Assembly (NCBI GenBank): GCA_039589315.1
Contig: JBDHHQ010000083.1
Coordinates: 1-18,459 of the forward strand
Direction: 5' to 3'
DNA: 18,459 nt
Source: Gemmatimonadota bacterium
Lineage (GTDB): Bacteria > Gemmatimonadota > Gemmatimonadetes > Longimicrobiales > Gaopeijiaceae
This document shows positions 7,428 through 15,799 of this stretch, in pieces; the stretch's first letter is position 1; the number at the start of each line of letters is the position of its first letter. The position numbers and the translations under genes were made by a program. The notes beneath the pieces were generated by a model. It had not been told where the DNA came from. It worked only from the letters and a program-made list of their open reading frames with translations, and ran no database searches.

Positions 7428-8054
7428 ATGTGGTTTCTACCTGGATTCTCGATTTGTCCCGCATGCAACCGACCCGTCGATGACACAGACGACCTGGTCA
7501 CTCTGACCGTTCACGAGGTAACGGGGGTGAGTGTCGAGCAGGGCTTCTACCATCGACAACATTTCGACGAGCTGCCAGAGAAGGACGCACTCGCCACTCG
7601 GTGGGCCGCCTTCGTTCGCGACCGAGTCCTCTCCCGACGAGACTCGACGCGGATCCTGGCGGACTCGGCACGTTACCTCGTGGTGTACAATGGCGCCGAC
7701 GACAACCTCGTCGTTTACTTCCTGGCCGACGCCGCCGAAATCCGATTCCGCGACTTCAAAGCTTGGTCAGCCTTCCACTCCTGCCTCAGTGAGATTGTCA
7801 GCTCGAACTGGCCCGAGGGAGGGAAGCGCGACTGTGACGGTGGGTATAAGTGGGTAATCGAGTCGCCCAAGGCGGCGCGCCTGTCGTGGCTGGAGGATAA
7901 GCCGAAGTGCCTGCTACTGCGGGAAACGGACTACGGAATGATCGAAGGTAAGTTCGCAGACGATAACGGCGCTGTCGATTTTGGGGCCGCGATCGAACAG
8001 TTAGGCATCGAGCCCGTCTCGAGGCCGGTCATCAACACGACGCCAAGCGCCTGA
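7428..8054 (+). CDS. Hypothetical protein with N-terminal CxxC...HxxH motif (immunity-like)
   Basis: 208-aa ORF with RBS GGAG 7 nt upstream. It begins 'MWFLPGFSICPACNRPVDDTDDLV...FYHRQHF', a possible metal-binding N-terminus. Confidence 0.65.
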   Translation: MWFLPGFSICPACNRPVDDTDDLVTLTVHEVTGVSVEQGFYHRQHFDELPEKDALATRWAAFVRDRVLSRRDSTRILADSARYLVVYNGADDNLVVYFLADAAEIRFRDFKAWSAFHSCLSEIVSSNWPEGGKRDCDGGYKWVIESPKAARLSWLEDKPKCLLLRETDYGMIEGKFADDNGAVDFGAAIEQLGIEPVSRPVINTTPSA

Positions 8055-8096
8055 CGGTCAATCAGCGGGTTGGAGGTTCGAGTCCTCCCGCCCCAG
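8050..8096 (+). other. tRNA 3'-half fragment (Asn-like), probable attachment-site scar
   Basis: Anticodon arm CTGA-CGGTCAA-TCAG, variable region GGGTT, a perfect T-arm GGAGG-TTCGAGT-CCTCC, acceptor strand CGCCCCA and discriminator G. No D-arm or complementary 5' strand lies upstream, and there is no CCA. Confidence 0.75.
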
Positions 8097-8138
8097 TACC
8101 GCTGCGCCTCGACATCAGTCTTGATCCGGTCGTCAGGC

Positions 8139-10793
8139 CTAGCGCATCACCGTCTGCGCGAGCCAGATGTCGCTCTGCCGATTGTCGAGCGGGAAGTAGA
8201 AGCGTTCCCCGTCGCCGATGAGATCCAGCCGGGTCGAAGGCCTCCGCGGGTCATCGAATACGACGAGCAGGGTCGCGTCTCCACCGGATACCGGAACCCG
8301 GACAATCACCGACCGCCCAACGTCGTCTGTCCCCTTCGAGTAGATGAACCGTTCATCGGGGCTCCAGTGGCTCTCACCGACCGCGAGCGCCCCGCTGGTC
8401 GCGCGGAAGGAGTGCTCGAGCTTCGTCTCGTCGCCGGAATCGAAGTCCCAGATGCCCACGCCGTCAGTACTGGCGTACGCGATCCTACGTCCGTCGGAGG
8501 TCCAGTCGGCCCGTGATCCTCGGCCGAGACGCGTCGGTTCGCTCCATGCGCCATCGTCTCCTCGCTCGATGAGGTGCAGGCCGCCGCCCCGCACGCTCTG
8601 GTCGAGGTAGACGATCCGACGGCCGTCAGGACCCCAACGCGGGTAGCTCTCGGACGCCACCTCTGTCGATGTCAGCTGGACGTCGCTGCCGTCCATCATC
8701 GATCGGACGAAGAGTTCTCGACTCCCGTCGACGAAGGCGTGGTAAGCCAGTTCGGTACCGTCCGACGACAGGTCCGGCGCGAACTCGTGCCGTGGGTCGG
8801 ACGTGATTTGCTCCGGTGTGCCACCGCCGATCGGAATGCGCCAAATGTCGGCCGAGCCCGCGACATCGGAATCGAAGTACAGCCACTCGCCATCGGGCGA
8901 GGGGCGGATGGACTCGACGATCTGATTCCCGAAGGTGAGCTGCTCGGCGTTCTCGATCCCGACCGGTCCCGATTCCGGCACTGGCATCGTCCAGATGTTG
9001 GCGTCTGCCGTGTAGACGGCGTACACCATCCTGCTCCCGTCTCGTGACATCGAGATGGTATGCGCGTCGAGTCCGGTGGTGAGGCGCACGGGCTCCCCAA
9101 CGGGACGATGGTCACCCGTCACCGGCTGAGCGAAGACATCCGGTGAGCCCTGTCGGTTGGACAGGAAGAAGAGCGTTCGACCGTCCGCCGACCACACCGG
9201 GCTGTGATTCAACGAGCCGTCGCTGATCAGGTCCGTCACGGAGCCGTCGCCGGTCGCGACCAGGACGATGTGGCTGGGGGCAAGATTGCCGAACACGGCT
9301 CCTGGCTGCGCATAGCCAGGGTTGTCCCGCACGCACGCGAGACGCTCGCCGTCTGGATGCCAGTCGCAGGTGTTGACCGCAATGCCACTGAAGACCTCTT
9401 GCTCGGGACCACCCGCCAAGGGCACGAGATACCCGGTCGATACCCGCAGTCCCCGAACCAGAAAGATCTGCTCGCCGTCGGGAGACCACTCCGCCTCGGC
9501 AACCTCTCCAGCGTCCGAAGCGGCCGCTACGAGCCGCGCGACTCCCCCCAACGCCGACACGGTCATCGCGTTCCCACTCGAGATGAACAGCACCTGCTCT
9601 CCGTCCGGCGACCAGGTCGGGCTGTGCTCGACCGCGATGGAGTCGTCCGTCAGAGGGATCGTCCGGCCTCCGCCCACCGGTCGCAGGTAGAGCCGCATGT
9701 TCGTCGACGTGCCGGACGCATAGACCACGAAGCGGCCGTCCGGTGACAGCGCGGGGTTGATCTCGAGACCGTCGTCGGTCGTGAGGCGCTGCGCCTCGAC
9801 GATGGTGAGTGGGGGCACCTCTGTACCGCGCTGGGTCATCATGACACCGCCTGCCACCAGCAGAGCAACGACGCCCAGGCCGGCCAGCACCTGTCGGTAC
9901 GAGACGCCAGCCTTCACGGGAGGGGTCGACACGGGGGTCGTGCCCATGCTCGGTGTGAGCGCTTGCTCCAGGACATCCAGCAAGTCCTCGGCCCTCTGCC
10001 AACGGTCGGCGGGGCGTTTCTCGAGGCACTTCATCACCGCCGCCTCTAGCACCGGTGGGACCGTCTCGCGCTTCTCGCGGAGCGGAACCGGCTTCTGAGC
10101 TACGTGTGCGGTCAAGATCTCTGCGGGGCTGCGTCCCGAGAAAGGGGGTGAGCCCGTGAGGAGCTCGTACGCGACCAGGCCCGTTGCATAGATGTCCGCC
10201 CTGTGGTCGACGTGTGGGTCGGCGGCGGCTTGCTCGGGTGCCATGTAGGTCGGCGTGCCGACCGCCATGCCTTCCGTCGTGCGGTTGGGAAGGTCGGTCG
10301 ACTCGTCTACCGCCTTGGCGACGCCGAAGTCCATGACGAGCGCGTGTCGGCCGCGAAGCATGATGTTGCCGGGCTTCACGTCGCGGTGGATTACGCCGTT
10401 CGCGTGCGCCTCGGCCAGCGCGTCGACGAGGTCCCTCAGGATGCGGACCGTCTCATGAACGGGCAGCTCGACCTCCCGATCGAGCCGCTGCCGGAGCGAC
10501 TCACCCTCGACGTATGGCATCACGAAGTAGAGGAAGCCTTCGGCGTCTCCCGAGTCGTGCAGCGGGAGAATGTGAGGGTGCTGCAGGTTCGCGATGGTCT
10601 TGATCTCGGCCAGGAAGCGCTCCGCGCCGACCATGGCGGTCAGCTCGGGCTTCAGCACCTTGAGCGCGACCTTGCGCTCGTGCCTGAGGTCGTCGGCCAG
10701 GAATACCGTGGCCATCCCACCTTCGCCGAGTTCCCGCTCTACCCTGTAGCGTCCCTCGAGGGCGGCGTTCAAGCGGGCGGCGGCATCGGACAT
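8139..10793 (-). CDS. Hanks-type Ser/Thr protein kinase with TM helix and TolB-like (PD40) beta-propellers
   Basis: Start refined to MSDAAARLNAALEGRY. Intact GEGGMA, VALK, HRDVKPGN, DFG and GTPTYMAPE motifs, a TM helix VLAGLGVVALLVAGGVMM, and many W/LSPDG repeats. Confidence 0.95.
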   Translation of the reverse strand: MSDAAARLNAALEGRYRVERELGEGGMATVFLADDLRHERKVALKVLKPELTAMVGAERFLAEIKTIANLQHPHILPLHDSGDAEGFLYFVMPYVEGESLRQRLDREVELPVHETVRILRDLVDALAEAHANGVIHRDVKPGNIMLRGRHALVMDFGVAKAVDESTDLPNRTTEGMAVGTPTYMAPEQAAADPHVDHRADIYATGLVAYELLTGSPPFSGRSPAEILTAHVAQKPVPLREKRETVPPVLEAAVMKCLEKRPADRWQRAEDLLDVLEQALTPSMGTTPVSTPPVKAGVSYRQVLAGLGVVALLVAGGVMMTQRGTEVPPLTIVEAQRLTTDDGLEINPALSPDGRFVVYASGTSTNMRLYLRPVGGGRTIPLTDDSIAVEHSPTWSPDGEQVLFISSGNAMTVSALGGVARLVAAASDAGEVAEAEWSPDGEQIFLVRGLRVSTGYLVPLAGGPEQEVFSGIAVNTCDWHPDGERLACVRDNPGYAQPGAVFGNLAPSHIVLVATGDGSVTDLISDGSLNHSPVWSADGRTLFFLSNRQGSPDVFAQPVTGDHRPVGEPVRLTTGLDAHTISMSRDGSRMVYAVYTADANIWTMPVPESGPVGIENAEQLTFGNQIVESIRPSPDGEWLYFDSDVAGSADIWRIPIGGGTPEQITSDPRHEFAPDLSSDGTELAYHAFVDGSRELFVRSMMDGSDVQLTSTEVASESYPRWGPDGRRIVYLDQSVRGGGLHLIERGDDGAWSEPTRLGRGSRADWTSDGRRIAYASTDGVGIWDFDSGDETKLEHSFRATSGALAVGESHWSPDERFIYSKGTDDVGRSVIVRVPVSGGDATLLVVFDDPRRPSTRLDLIGDGERFYFPLDNRQSDIWLAQTVMR

Positions 10794-10923
10794 GGGATCA
10801 AGATCCACCGCGGCTCTCCTGTGGCGCAAGAATACGATGACCGCGGGTGCTCGGGCAGGCGAAGAGCCTGACAAGGAATCGCCGACTCTGGGGTCGGAGG
10901 TCACCTGCGGGTCGGACCCCGCC

Positions 10924-11146
10924 TCAATTCGGCACCAACCGGTTCAACTCCTCGGAGAAGTTCTGGACAACGACGAGCTCGACTACGGCCGGGTGATAGA
11001 CCCTGACGAACCGACCGTCGGCGGCAACGTCGTAGTTGGTACGCAAGCCCTGGACGAACAAGTCGTCCGGCCAGGGTCGAGTCCGAGTTCACCCTCCGGG
11101 CGTAGATGTGAAGCCGGCTCGGATCAAGCAGGACGAGCGAGCCCAC
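10924..11146 (-). pseudogene. C-terminal remnant of a second kinase/TolB-propeller paralogue
   Basis: An unlisted frame reads RTNYDVAADGRFVRVYHPAVVELVVVQNFSEELNRLVPN*, the characteristic end of these proteins. It has an in-frame stop upstream and an apparent frameshift. Confidence 0.7.
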
Positions 11147-11220
11147 CCCTGATACTCCGCAGCGACGGCTATTGGATGGGCGCCGTCAACCGCGCCGCGG
11201 TCGCCTATTGCCAAGAAAGG

Positions 11221-11721
11221 CCCCTTGAAGTTCCTATCCGTTACCTGCAGGAATACGGGACGGAGCGGATCCGGGCGGCCGTGCTTGTAGACCACGCCAT
11301 CGACCTGGGCGACCCCGACCGATTCCCGTCCCGGTTCATCAGCATGCAGGTCGAACGGGAGGAGTGGACTCCTGCGTTCGTGGACGCGATTCACCGGCGG
11401 CCGCAATCCGACGAGTACCTGGACCGCGTGGCCCGGGCCGCGCTCTCGATGCCGACCAACGCCGCGGCCATCATGATCGCCAACATCATCCTGATGGGAC
11501 CCACCGACCTGGGCCCCGCGCTCGAATCGGTGGACCGTCCCGTGCTGTTTGTCGCGTCCTCTCAGGCGTGGGCCGTCGAAGCGGCGGACTATGTTCGACA
11601 GCGCTGGCCGGAGGTGCGCGTGGAGGTTCTCGAGCACACGTCCCACGCCCTCTTCGTGGACGATCCGGAGGGATTCAACCGTGTGCTCGAAACATTCGTC
11701 GCCCGGCTGCCGGCGAGCTGA
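11221..11721 (+). pseudogene. 5'-truncated alpha/beta hydrolase (non-heme haloperoxidase-like)
   Basis: 'YLQEYGTERIRAAVLVD...DRPVLF...LEHTSHALFVDDPEGFNRVLETF' is the half that follows the nucleophile elbow. No GxSxG motif or N-terminal half is present. Confidence 0.75.
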
Positions 11722-11807
11722 ACAGGCGGCTCGCGGTGGGTGCCGAGGGGAAGGAGGTGCCCCTGGTGCACCGGCCGGGCCAGATCGGAATCGGAGGAGG
11801 CTACGCC

Positions 11808-12257
11808 ATGAATCCCGAATCGGACGCCGTGAACCGCAACAAAGTGCTCGTGCGCCGCTTCGTCGCTGCCATGAACGCACGCGACCTGGATGCGCTCGAC
11901 GATCTGGTCGCCGCTGACGTGGTGCGACACTGTCCAGCGACGCCGGACGTTGTGGTCACGAACCTGGAACAGTTCAAGGAATTTCTCCGGCAGGATCTCC
12001 GCGGAGTGCCTGATTCCGTGGTCGGCATTCAGATGATGGTTGCCGACGCGGACCTGGTGGGGCTCTGGGCGACGTACCGGGGCACCCAGGACGGACCGAT
12101 GGGGCCGTTCCCGGCAACTGGGGGCGCCATCGACGTGGAGTTCGCGTCGATCCTCCGCATCGCGAACGAACGCATTGCCGAGATGTGGGTGGTGTGGGAC
12201 AATCTCGGCATGTTGATCGGATTGGGGCACCTGGCTCCGCCTGGTTCGGGGGCGTGA
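11808..12257 (+). CDS. SnoaL-like ester cyclase / NTF2-fold protein
   Basis: ATG 11808 with RBS GGAGGAGG. Motifs 'NKVLVRRF..AMNARDLDALDDL', 'GTQDGPMGPFPATG' and 'RIAEMWVVWDNLGML'. Confidence 0.9.
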   Translation: MNPESDAVNRNKVLVRRFVAAMNARDLDALDDLVAADVVRHCPATPDVVVTNLEQFKEFLRQDLRGVPDSVVGIQMMVADADLVGLWATYRGTQDGPMGPFPATGGAIDVEFASILRIANERIAEMWVVWDNLGMLIGLGHLAPPGSGA

Positions 12258-12269
12258 CGCCAGGTGGAA

Positions 12270-12689
12270 ATGGCCTCGAGCCGCTTCAACTGGCGCCGAA
12301 TCGCCCTCGCCGGTGTGGCAACCGGGCTGCTGCTCAACGTCGGCGGTATGGTGATGGCCACGCTCATCGGGCTGCCTCAGACCTTCGCGCGGTTCGGCGT
12401 CGAACCTACGATCGGTGCCGCGCTCCTCCACACGAGCCTGCGCTTCGGACTGGGGTTCGCCCTGGTCCTGGCCTATGCTGGAATGAGAAAGGGTCTGGGC
12501 CCGGGCCCCTCGACGGCCATGAAGGTCGGCCTGCTGATCTGGTTCGTCGGGTACGTTCCCGGCTCGGCCGTGCTCCACGAGCTCGGCGTTCTGACCCGGC
12601 CTCATTTCGTCCTGGCGCTCGTCTGGGGAGCCGGGGAGGTACTGATGGCAGCGCTGGTTGGAGGATGGCTCTACCGCGAGGCCGGGTGA
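12270..12689 (+). CDS. Small four-helix membrane protein
   Basis: Four hydrophobic segments, 'NWRRIALAGVATG...GPGPSTAMKVGL...VGGWLYRE'. It starts 12 nt downstream of the SnoaL gene. Confidence 0.8.
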   Translation: MASSRFNWRRIALAGVATGLLLNVGGMVMATLIGLPQTFARFGVEPTIGAALLHTSLRFGLGFALVLAYAGMRKGLGPGPSTAMKVGLLIWFVGYVPGSAVLHELGVLTRPHFVLALVWGAGEVLMAALVGGWLYREAG

Positions 12690-12702
12690 CCGTCGCCGGG
12701 CC

Positions 12703-15591
12703 TCAGTCGATGCTTCGCTCGCACCGCATGCGTCCGCCGGACGGTTCGGTCAACCAGTCGAACGTTGTGCGGGTGATATCGTAGAAGACGGTTTTCCATT
12801 CCGGATCGGGTTCCGTCCTGGCCATGACGACCCGGTCTGGTGTCGAGGTCGCGGTGAAGGTCTTGATCCCGGGCGAAGCGCTGTCCACCCACGAGATCTC
12901 CCACTGACTCGTTTCGGCATTGAAGACGCGCAAGGCGCCTCCCGTAAACCGCGGCCTCCCCTCCTCGTCGAGTCCCACGTACGTATCTCGAACGGCGACG
13001 CCCCCGGGAACGTACTCCCAGGTCCAAACCGATCGGGACTCTCGAACGTCGCCCTCCGCGTCCGGGGTTCGAACCGAACACCGCCACGTTCCGTCGAGCT
13101 GCCCCCAATGCGCGACCTCCGGGGCCACCGTCGGTGGACCGCCACGGGCGGAGGTGTCGCCGATCCACCGCACCAGCTCCGTGGACACGGTTTCGCCAGG
13201 GCCCAGCGCGACTTTGCCGTGGGCGAAGCCTTCCTCCGGCACGGCACGGCATCCCAGGTAGTAGGACCCGGGGGGTACGTCCATGAATCGGAACCGTCCC
13301 TCCGCATCCGAGCGGGTGATCCGGTGATATCCGGTCGGTTGAATCGGCTCGAGCTCCTCCCGGGCGATGACGTTGCGTTCGTACCACTCGGTGGACAGGC
13401 TCGTGACCGGATTCATGAACACCGTCTCGTTTTGGCAGAATACCCGCCCTCCGTCCGGTTCGATCAGGAACGCCCGCCCCTCGATCACGCCATCTCCCGG
13501 CCCTCCGTAGGGTTCGAATTCCGAGGCCACGAACCGCGTGCGCCGGGGCTGCCTGGGCGGACGTTCGACGGAAGCGACGGGGGTCGGTGGGCGGAGATGG
13601 CCGGTCAGCCACCGATAGATGGACGACTGCACGGCCAGGAGAGGACCGGGTCGGTCCAGCGCGTTGGACGCACCGTCCAGGACCCGGAGTTCGGTCGGCA
13701 CGCCCAGCCGCTGGAGGCCCGTATGTAGCGCCAACCCCTGCGCGAGCGGGATGCGGCGGTCCTCGGCACCGTGAAATACCTGCGTCGGCGCGCGCAGGCT
13801 CCCCAGCCGAGGGAGCAGCGAACGCCGATGATACAGGTCCGCATCTTCCCAGAGCTCGGCGCCGAAGAGCGCAATCAGGTACTCGGGAATGTCGGTGGTG
13901 AGCGCCAGCGTCCCGAAGTCACTGAGAGGGGCACCGACCGATACCGCCTTGATTCGCGGGTCACGCGAGGCGGCGCTGACGGCCAGGTATCCTCCGTACC
14001 CCCACCCGAGGCCCACCACGCTGTCCGGATGAGCCACACCGAGGCGCACGGCCTCGTCGATGCCCGCGAGCACGTCGTCGGTGTCGCCGTCGCCGAGCGA
14101 TCCGACACTGGCGAAGCGAAACTCCGGGCCGTATCCCAGGCTGCCCCGAGGGTTGGGTCGGAGGACCGCGAACCCCTGTTGCGCCAGACTCTGCACCATC
14201 ACCGTTTCGGGTCTTCCCGTGAACGTGCGTGCGGAGACCGCGGCGGGCCCCCCATGAAGCACGGCGGCGAGTGGGTACCGACGCCCATCGACGGCGTTGG
14301 GAGGAAGGGTCAGCAGACCCTCGACGCTCGTGCCGTCCACCGACCGCCAGGAGATGATCCGCGTCGGGCCCATCGAAGGGGGCGAAAGGTGGTCGTGCAG
14401 GGTCGACACGCGAGTCTCGGCGCCCGTGCGAGTGTCCAGAACGTACACCTCGGGTGGGGTATCGGTGGTCTCGAAGCTGTAGGCCAGGCGCCCGGCCTCC
14501 GCCCTCGAAAACCCGCTGCGGAATCCGTCCAGCTTCGTCACTCGCCGAGGCTGCGATCCGTCCACGGGAAGAGCGCTCACGTGCACGGAAGTCGCCGCGG
14601 GCTCGGCCACGAGGACCGCTGATCCATCGGGAAGCCATCCCACCGGCGTCGCGCCGCTTCGTTCCACCGTGGGTGCCAGCCGCCTCGGCTCACCGCCTTC
14701 GGCCGGCACGACGTAGATGTCCCCGAGTCCGACGGGCTCCGGCGCGTCACCGGTTCCGCTGAACGCCACCAGCGCGCCGTCGGGGGACCAGCGAGCGCCT
14801 CGTTCGGTTCCACCTCTGTCCGTGAGCACCAGACCCCTTCGCACGCCCCGGCCAGGCGGGAGACTGAGCAATCGCAGGTCGGAGCGGCCCAGCGCCGCGT
14901 TGGGGCTGGGGCCGGAAAGGCGGGTGACGGCGATTCGCGACCCGGACGGGGACCATTCGAAGTCGCCATTGTGGAACGCGCCCCACGAAATCTGTGCCAC
15001 CTCGGGCAGGTCCCGGCGGCGGTCGGCAACGTCCAGCACGAAGAAGTGACTGTTGGGTCGGTCGAAGCTGCTGGACGTGGCGGGGGCGACCGCGGTCCGG
15101 TCGACCGTAGGTGTCGTGTCCGAAGCGACGTAGGCCAGTAGTGTGCCGTTGCGGGACCACTGGAAGCGATCCACGCCCATGGGCGCATCCGTCAGGACGC
15201 GCGGCTCGCCACCGGTGAGTTCGAGTGCCCACACCTGACGACGGCCGGACCGACCCGAAAGGAACGCCAACACCGTTCCGTCGCCCGAGAAGGCGGGTGA
15301 CGTGCTCGTATGTTCCGCGGCGGTGAGCGGTCTGGAGCCGGAGCCGTCGCTCGCGGCCAGCCAGATCCGGTTGCGAAACTCCAGACCCTCGGGAGATCGC
15401 ACGGCGCGCCTCACCACGAACGCCACCTGCGACCCATCTGGAGACAACGAGGTTTCCTGCACGATGCCATAGTCGAGATGAGTCTCCGGCGTCCAGCCCG
15501 GGAGAGTCTGCGCCTCGGCCCACGGCGCGGCCGGACCCAGGGCGCAGATCCCGAGGCACAGCACTGTGTTTCGACTCGACAACCGGCTCAT
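12703..15591 (-). CDS. Secreted S9-family (prolyl oligopeptidase-like) pseudo-peptidase with two extra C-terminal domains
   Basis: Start refined to MSRLSS, with a signal peptide ending ...AEA/QT. It has a PD40 propeller, 'HGGP' and 'PNPRGSLGYG'. The nucleophile motif is GWGYGG, the Asp is kept (HGAEDRRIP) and the His position reads GASNAL. A prealbumin/carboxypeptidase-regulatory-like domain (SDAEGRFRFMDVPPGSYYL) and a beta-barrel-like domain (LDGTWRC...WEISW) follow. Confidence 0.85.
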   Translation of the reverse strand: MSRLSSRNTVLCLGICALGPAAPWAEAQTLPGWTPETHLDYGIVQETSLSPDGSQVAFVVRRAVRSPEGLEFRNRIWLAASDGSGSRPLTAAEHTSTSPAFSGDGTVLAFLSGRSGRRQVWALELTGGEPRVLTDAPMGVDRFQWSRNGTLLAYVASDTTPTVDRTAVAPATSSSFDRPNSHFFVLDVADRRRDLPEVAQISWGAFHNGDFEWSPSGSRIAVTRLSGPSPNAALGRSDLRLLSLPPGRGVRRGLVLTDRGGTERGARWSPDGALVAFSGTGDAPEPVGLGDIYVVPAEGGEPRRLAPTVERSGATPVGWLPDGSAVLVAEPAATSVHVSALPVDGSQPRRVTKLDGFRSGFSRAEAGRLAYSFETTDTPPEVYVLDTRTGAETRVSTLHDHLSPPSMGPTRIISWRSVDGTSVEGLLTLPPNAVDGRRYPLAAVLHGGPAAVSARTFTGRPETVMVQSLAQQGFAVLRPNPRGSLGYGPEFRFASVGSLGDGDTDDVLAGIDEAVRLGVAHPDSVVGLGWGYGGYLAVSAASRDPRIKAVSVGAPLSDFGTLALTTDIPEYLIALFGAELWEDADLYHRRSLLPRLGSLRAPTQVFHGAEDRRIPLAQGLALHTGLQRLGVPTELRVLDGASNALDRPGPLLAVQSSIYRWLTGHLRPPTPVASVERPPRQPRRTRFVASEFEPYGGPGDGVIEGRAFLIEPDGGRVFCQNETVFMNPVTSLSTEWYERNVIAREELEPIQPTGYHRITRSDAEGRFRFMDVPPGSYYLGCRAVPEEGFAHGKVALGPGETVSTELVRWIGDTSARGGPPTVAPEVAHWGQLDGTWRCSVRTPDAEGDVRESRSVWTWEYVPGGVAVRDTYVGLDEEGRPRFTGGALRVFNAETSQWEISWVDSASPGIKTFTATSTPDRVVMARTEPDPEWKTVFYDITRTTFDWLTEPSGGRMRCERSID

Positions 15592-15691
15592 GGTGGCGCC
15601 CCTCGTCTGCGGTGCGATCGCTGGGGTCGGCGACCCCGATCGGGTTCCCAAATGCTGATTCGGCCGGGTACCGCGCTCAATGGACGGACGC

Positions 15692-15718
15692 TGAAGTTGT
15701 CGTGAAGAAAATCTGAAG
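15692..15718. promoter_or_regulatory. Three TGAAG direct repeats at 11-bp period; candidate OmpR/PhoB-type wHTH operator
   Basis: TGAAG starts at 15692, 15703 and 15714 in the relatively AT-rich part of the divergent intergenic region. Confidence 0.55.
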
Positions 15719-15799
15719 GGACACATCCCTCGGACCGAGAGTCACCGTTCCTGGTACTTTCCAGGGCACGGTCACCCAGGCGAACCCGGAGAGGCGACA

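Noticed and set aside
8050..8096. A complete tRNA-Asp (GTC) gene
   Set aside because: There is no D-arm or 5' acceptor strand, U33 is missing, and the upstream bases are coding sequence. It is only a 3' fragment.
8139..10793. Kinase-TolB propeller fusion as a novelty
   Set aside because: This architecture is common and highly paralogous in this kind of genome, and its catalytic motifs are intact.
10792..11220. N-terminal half of the listed 309-aa plus-strand ORF as real protein
   Set aside because: It is the antisense of the kinase leader and the paralogue remnant. Hydrolase similarity starts only at about 11221.
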